Part shown: in pieces, positions 1 to 5,421 of the stretch
Layout: each line of letters starts with the position of its first letter
Numbering within the stretch: the stretch's first letter is position 1
Virus record (IMG/VR): IMGVR_UViG_3300021962_000023
Span: 1-64,000 of that record
Reading direction: 5' to 3' (one strand)
DNA length: 64,000 nucleotides
Origin: a virus
Position numbers and translations under genes: made by a program
Notes under the pieces: generated by a model
Database searches by the model: none
What the model saw: only the letters and a program-made list of their open reading frames with translations
Told to the model about the DNA's origin: nothing

Positions 1-47
1 CCCTAAATGCACCAAAAACATTTGTGCTACCGCTACACCATCGGGCA
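1..47 (-). tRNA. tRNA-Gln(TTG), 3' part outside window
   Basis: Minus strand TGCCCGA-TG-GTGTAGCGGTAGCAC, anticodon arm AATGT-TTTTGGT-GCATT; truncated at window edge. Confidence 0.85.
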
Positions 48-52
48 ATAAT

Positions 53-125
53 CTCAAGCATTCTACTCCCCGCAGTACGGAATTGTATCTTACTTAGCCC
101 ATCGTTAGCGGTATGGGTACTTGAG
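53..125 (-). ncRNA. Candidate small structured RNA (three-way junction with kissing loops)
   Basis: Stems CUCAAGUA/UGCUUGAG, CCCAU/AUGGG, UACU/AGUA; loop CCGC is complementary to loop GCGG; lies between tRNA genes. Confidence 0.5.
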
Positions 126-127
126 TT

Positions 128-200
128 GAGCAGATGATAGGAATCGAACCTACGTCTCCTACTTGGAAGGAAGGAGTAATGACCATTATACGACATCTGC
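128..200 (-). tRNA. tRNA-Gly(TCC)
   Basis: Cloverleaf GCAGATG..CATCTGC, loop CTTCCAA, T-loop GGTTCGATTCC. Confidence 0.93.
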
Positions 201-203
201 ATT

Positions 204-250
204 TAGTGGATGAACAACATCTATCGTTCTTTTGGCTTCCCACTAAAGCC
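204..250 (-). ncRNA. Candidate H-type pseudoknot RNA between two tRNA-Gly genes
   Basis: GGCUU/AAGCC hairpin whose loop UAGUGG pairs with downstream CCACUA; intervening GAAC/GUUC hairpin. Confidence 0.45.
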
Positions 251-253
251 CAT

Positions 254-329
254 TGGAGCGGAAGACCAGATTCGAACTGGCGACCTATTGCTTGGCAAGC
301 AATCGCTCTACCAACTGAGCTACTTCCGC
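254..329 (-). tRNA. tRNA-Gly(GCC)
   Basis: GCGGAAG..CTTCCGC-T-CCA, arm ATTGC-TTGCCAA-GCAAT, encoded CCA. Confidence 0.96.
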
Positions 330-334
330 AATTT

Positions 335-462
335 GTGTAGGATACGCCCACCTACACCACACTTTTAGTAGTATGTTACCACACTACCACGTTTCGAGTT
401 GTTTAACGACCTACTCTAAATGTCATCCGCCAGGGTGTGCTTCACGTTAAACCCGGAGACGC
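335..462 (-). ncRNA. Candidate variant type-III hammerhead ribozyme (389-461) followed by two hairpins
   Basis: GCGUC / GAAACGU stem III, stem I UCCGGGU/ACCCUGG, core CGGAUGA, stem II GAGU/ACUC, loop I-loop II pairing UUAACG/CGUUAA; non-consensus G4 and 6-nt insert. Confidence 0.45.
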
Positions 463-465
463 TTA

Positions 466-542
466 TGGTGGACCAAACAGGGCTCGAACCTGTGACCTTG
501 TCGTTATGAGCGACCTGCTCTAACCATCTGAGCTATAAGTCC
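466..542 (-). tRNA. tRNA-CAT, probably Ile2 (lysidine type) or elongator Met
   Basis: GGACTTATAGCTCAG start, loop CTCATAA, encoded ACCA; lacks initiator features. Confidence 0.9.
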
Positions 543-547
543 AAATT

Positions 548-669
548 ATAGAAAGGATTCGGGTCTTTCAGGGTTACTGATGATGAATGCGGGCTTAAAG
601 TCGTACTACTAACCCTTTTTCAAACCTATACCCCATAAGTTCATCATTACAGCTTCACTACCTTTCTAT
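548..669 (-). ncRNA. Candidate pseudoknotted RNA (~120 nt)
   Basis: Closing stem AUAGAAAGG/CCUUUCUAU; crossing helices AUGAUGAA/UUCAUCAU and GGGUUA/UAACCC. Confidence 0.5.
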
Positions 670-671
670 TG

Positions 672-744
672 TGGAGGTACAGAGATTCGAACTCTGGATT
701 CCTGCGTGCAAGGCAAGTGTGTTAGCCAACTATACCATACCCCC
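672..744 (-). tRNA. tRNA-Ala(TGC)
   Basis: GGGGGTA..TACCTCC-A with G3:U70, arm CTTGC-CTTGCAC-GCAGG. Confidence 0.93.
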
Positions 745-749
745 AATCG

Positions 750-834
750 TACTCGGGGCCGGACTCGAACCGGCACGGACCTTTCGGTCCAAAGGATTTT
801 AAGTCCTTCGTGGCTACCATTACACCACCCGAGC
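750..834 (-). tRNA. tRNA-Leu(TAA)
   Basis: Arm AAGGA-CTTAAAA-TCCTT, long variable arm GGACC-GAAA-GGTCC, GTTCGAGTC T-loop. Confidence 0.95.
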
Positions 835-836
835 AT

Positions 837-1079
837 TTAATATCCTATTTCATCTTTAATCTTCCATTGGGTATCGTGTGGAATTCGTTCAATTCTTTCA
901 ACTGGAACAAACCCATCAAACCCACTTTCTTTAACATCTTCAAAATGTTCAATGGTGTCCAAATAGAAACCAAATGAATATCTGATGTATTGGAATTTAT
1001 CACCATCCCAATATGCCACATGGTTGTTTCTACTAAACCCGTTATACCAGCCTTCCTTTATTTCACTTTTTGGTATCAT
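837..1079 (-). CDS. Hypothetical protein within tRNA array
   Basis: 80-aa ORF fills the gap between tRNA-Arg and tRNA-Leu; protein-like composition. Confidence 0.7.
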   Translation of the reverse strand: MIPKSEIKEGWYNGFSRNNHVAYWDGDKFQYIRYSFGFYLDTIEHFEDVKESGFDGFVPVERIERIPHDTQWKIKDEIGY

Positions 1080-1099
1080 AATAACTTTTTTAATTTACG

Positions 1100-1173
<74 letters not shown>

Positions 1174-1178
1174 ATATG

Positions 1179-1252
1179 CGGTGTATACGAGATTCGAACT
1201 CGTGGTCTCTTCCGTGACAGGGAAGCATGTTAGGCCTCTACACCAATACACC
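1179..1252 (-). tRNA. tRNA-Asp(GTC)
   Basis: GGTGTAT..ATACACC-G, arm CTTCC-CTGTCAC-GGAAG. Confidence 0.95.
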
Positions 1253-1370
1253 AAATTTTCGGAACTTATGGATTTTCACCACCGAAATCTCTTCTCCCAA
1301 CTAGCCTCATTGAGTGAGTGTTATCGCGTAATTCGTCATTCCTAATCTAAAGTAATTAATTTTAGATTTG

Positions 1371-1443
1371 AGCCTCCAGTCGGAATCGAACCAACGACCT
1401 ACTGATTACAAATCAGTTGCTCTACCTGCTGAGCTATGGAGGC
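1371..1443 (-). tRNA. tRNA-Thr(TGT)
   Basis: GCCTCCA..TGGAGGC-T, arm ACTGA-TTTGTAA-TCAGT. Confidence 0.95.
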
Positions 1444-1451
1444 AATTTGTA

Positions 1452-1546
1452 GTAAGAGAGATGTCACAGCCACCTCATCTCTCTTACCTATTCACATACT
1501 AACGGCTCAATGTGGCTTGACCGAATTAAAGTGGCTGATATGTGAG
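1452..1546 (-). ncRNA. Candidate two-domain pseudoknotted RNA
   Basis: Stem UCACAUA/UAUGUGA with inner CGGUCAA/UUGAGCCG; 12-bp hairpin GUAAGAGAGAUG/CAUCUCUCUUAC whose loop GGUGGCUG pairs with upstream CAGCCACU. Confidence 0.55.
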
Positions 1547-1549
1547 TTG

Positions 1550-1623
1550 TACTCCGTACGGGGTTCGAACCCGTAAGCTCTCCCGTGAAAGGGGAGTGTC
1601 CTAACCAATTAGACGAACGGAGC
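1550..1623 (-). tRNA. tRNA-Glu(TTC)
   Basis: GCTCCGT..ACGGAGT-A, arm CTCCC-CTTTCAC-GGGAG. Confidence 0.95.
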
Positions 1624-1656
1624 GTTACTTATTAAACCATTATTTCAAAGAACATT

Positions 1657-1690
1657 ACAAATATACGAAAAGTTTTTTATAATGTCAAGT
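1657..1690 (-). promoter_or_regulatory. Bacteroidota-type sigma promoter for the distal tRNA sub-cluster
   Basis: Minus strand CTTGACATTATAAAAAACTTTTCGTATATTTGT: TAnnTTTG -7 element, motif repeated across the window. Confidence 0.75.
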
Positions 1691-1709
1691 ACTTTTATAT
1701 ATTTATTTT

Positions 1710-2165
1710 TTACATTTTTACTAAATGGTCCGCACAATATGTTGCGATTGGACCTAAAGTTTTGTATCGTACATTATAACCCATACCTTCAACCATACCT
1801 ACCGCTTGTCTGAACACTTCATTAGATTTGTATTTAGGGTCTGGATTTAAATCCACATCAATCCAAGTTGCTTTTTGAACTCCGGCATTTCGTAATTCTT
1901 CTGCTACTTCAACTGAAAACCAAACTTCATTTAATAATCTTACTGAACGAGTGTACTCTCTCGGTGCATTCCACCGATTGTATAATACATGCGCTCCTCT
2001 ACCTGGCGTATATAATGCTACAACAATTGCATAGATAGTTTTATCTCTGAAGTTTTGTGAATCACATCCAATTAGTATTTCAACTCCTTCATGTTCATTC
2101 ATATATTCAGCGATATATGTTTCTAATTCAACTTTCGTTCCATCATGTAGTTTTCTATAAACCAT
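1710..2165 (-). CDS. RNase H-like YkuK/DUF458 family protein
   Basis: ILIGCDSQ and WIDVD acidic motifs typical of the family; the ORF-track ATG at 2189 lies inside the tRNA-Leu acceptor stem, so the start is moved to MVYRK at 2165. Confidence 0.75.
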   Translation of the reverse strand: MVYRKLHDGTKVELETYIAEYMNEHEGVEILIGCDSQNFRDKTIYAIVVALYTPGRGAHVLYNRWNAPREYTRSVRLLNEVWFSVEVAEELRNAGVQKATWIDVDLNPDPKYKSNEVFRQAVGMVEGMGYNVRYKTLGPIATYCADHLVKM

Positions 2166-2182
2166 ATCATTATTATTTATTG

Positions 2183-2257
2183 TACCCATAGAAGGACTCG
2201 AACCTTCAATTGTGTGGTGTCTAAAGCCACTGCGTATTCCAATTCCGCCATACGGGT
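2183..2257 (-). tRNA. tRNA-Leu(TAG), short variable region
   Basis: Leu-type D arm GCGGAATTGGAATACGC, loop TTTAGAC, only 6-nt variable region ACAATT, A73. Confidence 0.85.
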
Positions 2258-2266
2258 GTGTTTCCG

Positions 2267-2352
2267 TAGAGAGTAAGGGGTTCGAACCCTTGCGACTTTT
2301 ACATCCTACCTGTTTAGCAAACAGGCCCCTTCACCAACTTGGGTAACTCTCT
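2267..2352 (-). tRNA. tRNA-Ser(GCT)
   Basis: AGAGAGT..ACTCTCT, arm CCTGT-TTGCTAA-ACAGG, long variable arm. Confidence 0.93.
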
Positions 2353-2354
2353 AT

Positions 2355-2431
2355 TGGGGTGATTAATGGGATTCGAACCCATGCTATCAGTACCACAAAC
2401 TGACGTGCTAACCGCTAACACTATAAACACC
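2355..2431 (-). tRNA. tRNA-His(GTG)
   Basis: Encoded G-1, arm TCAGT-TTGTGGT-ACTGA, C73 plus CCA. Confidence 0.93.
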
Positions 2432-2437
2432 ATATTT

Positions 2438-2496
2438 TGTATAATATATTATTCATTTACCCCTAAATACCAGGGGTTTGTATCATATATTATACA
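2438..2496. other. Long intergenic hairpin
   Basis: TGTATAATATAT/ATATATTATACA 12-bp arms with inner ACCCCT/AGGGGT stem. Confidence 0.5.
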
Positions 2497-2499
2497 TCG

Positions 2500-2569
2500 T
2501 TGCATGTATGAGGTTCGAACTCATTTGGTCATCCTTATGAGAGATAACTCTTTTCCTCTAAGCCATGCA
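2500..2569 (-). tRNA. Atypical tRNA-Met(CAT), missing the position 8-9 linker; possibly a pseudogene
   Basis: Acceptor TGCATG/CATGCA, loop CTCATAA, T arm ATGAG-TTCGAAC-CTCAT; D arm abuts the acceptor stem (70 nt). Confidence 0.65.
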
Positions 2570-2574
2570 GTTTG

Positions 2575-2646
2575 AGTCAAGTATTGGATTCGAACCAATG
2601 TAAAAGGTTTTGCAGACCTCCACCTAACCAACTCGGTCAACCTGAC
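2575..2646 (-). tRNA. tRNA-Cys(GCA)
   Basis: GTCAGGT..ACTTGAC-T, arm GAGGT-CTGCAAA-ACCTT, U73. Confidence 0.93.
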
Positions 2647-2652
2647 ATTATG

Positions 2653-2724
2653 TAGTCCTATTAGGATTCGAACCCAAACTTCTTCATCCGTAGTGAAGGG
2701 TGCTATCCGTTACACCATAGAACC
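2653..2724 (-). tRNA. tRNA-Arg(ACG)
   Basis: GGTTCTA..TAGGACT-A, arm CTTCA-CTACGGA-TGAAG. Confidence 0.92.
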
Positions 2725-2728
2725 ATTA

Positions 2729-2926
2729 TTACTTCCATTGAGTTTTTCGGTTGTGTTTCCAACTTTTATACTCTCTGAACTTATGTGAATAAATTGGTTT
2801 ACCATTTCCATGTCTACCCCAAATCTTTGATGGTGCACAATCATAATACCAACTACCACATCTTTTAGAACAAATGAAACAATAGTTCCATTCCATTCTC
2901 ATTCGTTTTACTCTTTCTTCTTTCAT
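2729..2926 (-). CDS. Small hypothetical Cys/basic protein
   Basis: 65-aa ORF in the tRNA-free gap; CFIC...C...C residues. Confidence 0.5.
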   Translation of the reverse strand: MKEERVKRMRMEWNYCFICSKRCGSWYYDCAPSKIWGRHGNGKPIYSHKFREYKSWKHNRKTQWK

Positions 2927-2988
2927 TTTACATTAGGTTTGTTTACCTAATGCTTGTCAAATAATTGTTTCATAGTTTTACATTTTTG

Positions 2989-3059
2989 CACCCCCTAAAG
3001 GATTCGAACCTTTATCTGCGGTTTTGGAGACCGATATGCTACCATTGCACCAAAGAGAT
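2989..3059 (-). tRNA. tRNA-Trp(CCA)
   Basis: Loop CTCCAAA, canonical T arm; acceptor ATCTCTT/AGGGGGT has three G:U pairs. Confidence 0.85.
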
Positions 3060-3063
3060 ATTT

Positions 3064-3136
3064 AATACGAACATTGACCGGGTTGTGGGTATTCTCCACT
3101 ACTAGTCAGGTTTCAGCCACCCGGTTGATTCGTATT
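3064..3136 (-). ncRNA. Candidate small structured RNA (stem plus three-way junction)
   Basis: AAUACGAA/UUCGUAUU, ACCGGGU/ACCCGGU, hairpins GG-CUGAAA-CC and GUGG-AGAAUAC-CCAC. Confidence 0.55.
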
Positions 3137-3137
3137 G

Positions 3138-3211
3138 TTGGTAGTGCGGGATTCGAACCTGCCACCTTCTCGGTATCAGCGAGATGCTCTAACCAAATGA
3201 GCTAACTACCA
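3138..3211 (-). tRNA. tRNA-Ile(GAT)
   Basis: Arm TCTCG-CTGATAC-CGAGA, canonical D and T loops. Confidence 0.94.
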
Positions 3212-3217
3212 GTGTTG

Positions 3218-3294
3218 TCGGAATGGCTGGATTCGAACCAACGAGTTCTCCACGTCCCAAACGTGGCGGGGTAACCTGACTCCCCAACATTCCG
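3218..3294 (-). tRNA. tRNA-Pro(TGG)
   Basis: CGGAATG..CATTCCG-A, arm CCACG-TTTGGGA-CGTGG. Confidence 0.93.
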
Positions 3295-3343
3295 TTATTG
3301 TACTTCCTATGTGCAGAGTTGTCTAGTACTAACCATTCTCCAG

Positions 3344-3417
3344 TGAACCCGAATGGACTCGAACCATTGACTCCCTCATTAAAAGTGAGGTGCTCTAACC
3401 GACTGAGCTACGGATTC
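3344..3417 (-). tRNA. tRNA-Lys(TTT)
   Basis: Arm CCTCA-CTTTTAA-TGAGG. Confidence 0.95.
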
Positions 3418-3480
3418 ATAATAAAGTTATTTCTGTCTAATAAAGATAATCACTTTATTGTTCAAATATCACTTTAGTTG

Positions 3481-3553
3481 TGGAGCCTCAAGGAATCGAA
3501 CCTTGTCCTCTAGTTCTTCAGACTAGCGTACGCACCAGCTATACCAAAGCTCC
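3481..3553 (-). tRNA. tRNA-Phe(GAA)
   Basis: Arm CTAGT-CTGAAGA-ACTAG. Confidence 0.93.
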
Positions 3554-3559
3554 ATTTTG

Positions 3560-3641
3560 TGCCGCCGGTAGGACTCGAACCTACGAACTCCGAAGAGGAG
3601 GGATTTACAGTCCCTTGCAATTGCCACTATGCGACGTCGGC
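3560..3641 (-). tRNA. tRNA-Tyr(GTA)
   Basis: Arm AGGGA-CTGTAAA-TCCCT, variable arm CTC-TTCG-GAG. Confidence 0.94.
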
Positions 3642-3647
3642 GTTAAA

Positions 3648-3724
3648 TGGTAGAAGATATAGGATTCGAACCTATGACCCTTTGGATGTAAACCAAATGC
3701 TCTAACCGACTGAGCTAATCTTCT
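3648..3724 (-). tRNA. tRNA-Val(TAC)
   Basis: AGAAGAT..ATCTTCT-A-CCA, arm TTTGG-TTTACAT-CCAAA. Confidence 0.95.
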
Positions 3725-3730
3725 ATTTTG

Positions 3731-3802
3731 AGGGAAGGGAGAATTTCGAAATCTCGACCTGATGATTAACAGTCATCCGCTCTGCCTCTGAGCTACCAAC
3801 CC
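3731..3802 (-). tRNA. tRNA-Asn(GTT)
   Basis: Arm GATGA-CTGTTAA-TCATC; T-loop TTCGAAA. Confidence 0.92.
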
Positions 3803-3843
3803 AAAACAAAAAACCCCTTAACTTTGTTATCAGTTAAGGGGTT
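3803..3843 (-). terminator. Intrinsic terminator immediately upstream of tRNA-Asn (putative attenuator)
   Basis: 11-bp stem AACCCCUUAAC/GUUAAGGGGUU followed by UUUUGUUUU. Confidence 0.85.
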
Positions 3844-3875
3844 CTTCAAATATTTTCTATTTAAATCTTACATCA

Positions 3876-4034
3876 TTATCCTTTGTTGATGTCCCTTAAC
3901 TTTGTACTAATATAATCCACCTTGCCTAAATTCAAGACTGCCGGATTTGCTATCGTACTAAACATACCAATCCCTTGCCACTCATTTCTTTGAGTTGCCA
4001 GTGAACAAATTGTATGTAAGTTAAGAGTTTTCAT
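3876..4034 (-). CDS. Putative 52-aa attenuator leader peptide (MKTLNLHTICSLATQRNEWQG...)
   Basis: Internal ATG at 4034 after an AT-rich leader; stop 33 nt before the terminator; 3' end carries a 13-nt copy of the terminator 3' strand. Confidence 0.65.
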   Translation of the reverse strand: MKTLNLHTICSLATQRNEWQGIGMFSTIANPAVLNLGKVDYISTKLRDINKG

Positions 4035-4170
4035 TGTTAATATATATCTAAAAAAATAATAATCGTTTGTTTTTATAAAAAAAAGTAATTCAATTTCAAA
4101 ATACGCCAACCAAGTCATGCTCTGGTTAATATCAGCCTCATTAAATTACTTTTACTAATTAGCTAAAAGA

Positions 4171-4282
4171 GGAAAGTTTTGTAGGGTGGTACTTTCCAAA
4201 GGCCTAGCTACAGCCGTTGATTACCATCAACATAATTCGTATTGTTGAGATTGTTTAAGGTAAAAATCCCCTACGGAAAACC
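4171..4282 (-). ncRNA. Candidate structured RNA (~110 nt)
   Basis: Closing GGUUUU..GUAGGG/CCCUAC..AAAACU; inner UUACC/GGUAA, UCAACA/UGUUGA, GGC/GCC; GGAAAGU/ACUUUCC alternative helix. Confidence 0.45.
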
Positions 4283-4312
4283 ATACTATTCTATATTTGT
4301 CATTTTTTATTT

Positions 4313-4366
4313 AAGTGGAACTTTTAGTTATGGAAAGTACATCCAGCTATCTACATTAAACCACTA
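4313..4366 (-). ncRNA. Candidate small structured RNA 3' of the atypical tRNA-Gly
   Basis: AGUGG/CCACU closing stem, ACUUU/AAAGU inner stem. Confidence 0.3.
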
Positions 4367-4371
4367 CGAAG

Positions 4372-4443
4372 AGCGGTGCGAAGGTTTTGCTCCCCCTCCT
4401 CCTATCTGGAATGATAGGCGTGCTACTATTACACCAATACCGC
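4372..4443 (-). tRNA. Non-canonical tRNA-Gly(UCC)-like RNA with 8-nt anticodon loop
   Basis: GCGGUAU/GCACCGC-U73; CCUAU-CAUUCCAG-AUAGG; T-loop AGCAAAA replaces UUCRA; D-loop lacks GG. Confidence 0.75.
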
Positions 4444-4448
4444 TTATA

Positions 4449-5316
4449 TAAGGATGAGAATACTCCTTTTTGTGAACCAGCTTTCGAAAGATTATTGTTT
4501 CCTTTCTTTTCCACTTCCTTTTGAGAAGTACCAATTCAATGTGGGTTGGTAATGCCAACCAATCATAGAGTTTCAGATTACTCTCTCCCTACTTATTTTC
4601 TTCAACCCTGCCGAGCTGATTCACACTTGCGATGTTAGAAACCTTTCAAAAGAATCACAGACCTCTTGCGGAGGTATCGTGGCAGGGAACAACTCCCTAC
4701 TATGTACACACCTTTCATCTGAAACTGGTAAACACTTTTGCTCTTTTAGTTTTATAGTTTGCACCTAAAGCAAATTTGAGTTTTGGTTTGTAGATGGATT
4801 CGAGTAGTGGTTTACCACCAGCTCCGTTATCTTTTGAACAACAGAATACTTTACTACTCAATGTGATATCCCTATCACCATACTTCAAGTCATCTTCAAT
4901 AGAAGGGATTGGTGTCCCAGTCTAAAGGATAATAACAACACCACTTGTACATTATCTTATCTTGCGTCCTTTCGGATAGCTTGATTCTCAAGACCACTTT
5001 AGTATTGAATCACGCAATGATAAGGAGAGATTAAGTCCTTACTTCTCACAATAATTCTATGAGTTATTCTTATTGATGTTCCCATCTCAACTGAACAATC
5101 TACATTTGCCCAGTCATTCCGGCTCTTCGATGATAGTGTTACCCCCACCTACAAAGTCAGAATGATATCTCACTTGCCTACTTGAGCTTGCTCTCTTTTG
5201 GAGAGTAGCCGCAAACCGTCTAACCAAACGATTCACTTTATCCTACTTTCGTAGTTTATTTCACGACCATAGGCGGCCGTTGTTACACTATGTAGAACGA
5301 ATCTACTATGTGTAAT
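4449..5316 (-). ncRNA. Large structured ncRNA, GOLLD-like (~870 nt)
   Basis: No long ORF; higher GC than flanks; many hairpins with GNRA loops (CUAC-GAAA-GUAG, UCC-GAAA-GGA, ACCUCC-GCAA-GAGGU); own promoter at 5422; size and tRNA adjacency match GOLLD. Family call not verified by covariance model. Confidence 0.7.
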
Positions 5317-5421
5317 CTTTTTACGAATAATTGAAATGTTGTACATTTAATGGGCGTCTTATTTACGATTAGTCTACTATCCCACAATTATTATATGTTA
5401 AAGAACTTTTGTTTTGTTTTA

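Noticed and set aside
94-351. ORF-track ORFs 94-351 (-), 134-340 (+), 985-1233 (+), 990-1217 (+), 2366-2575 (+)
   Set aside because: They overlap clear tRNA genes, and the translations are typical tRNA shadow peptides (GIEPT, GFEPM)
4035-4118. N-terminal extension of the 80-aa ORF 3876-4118
   Set aside because: The upstream part is an A/T-run intergenic sequence; the internal ATG at 4034 with an A-rich leader is the better start
4242-4558. ORFs 4242-4451 (+) and 4364-4558 (-)
   Set aside because: They overlap the tRNA-like gene and structured RNAs and have no protein-like features
4449-5316. RNase P RNA, rRNA fragment or group I/II intron as the identity of the large RNA
   Set aside because: I found no RNase P GAGGAAAGUC/P4 signature, no rRNA-conserved blocks, and no interrupted host gene or intron-encoded ORF
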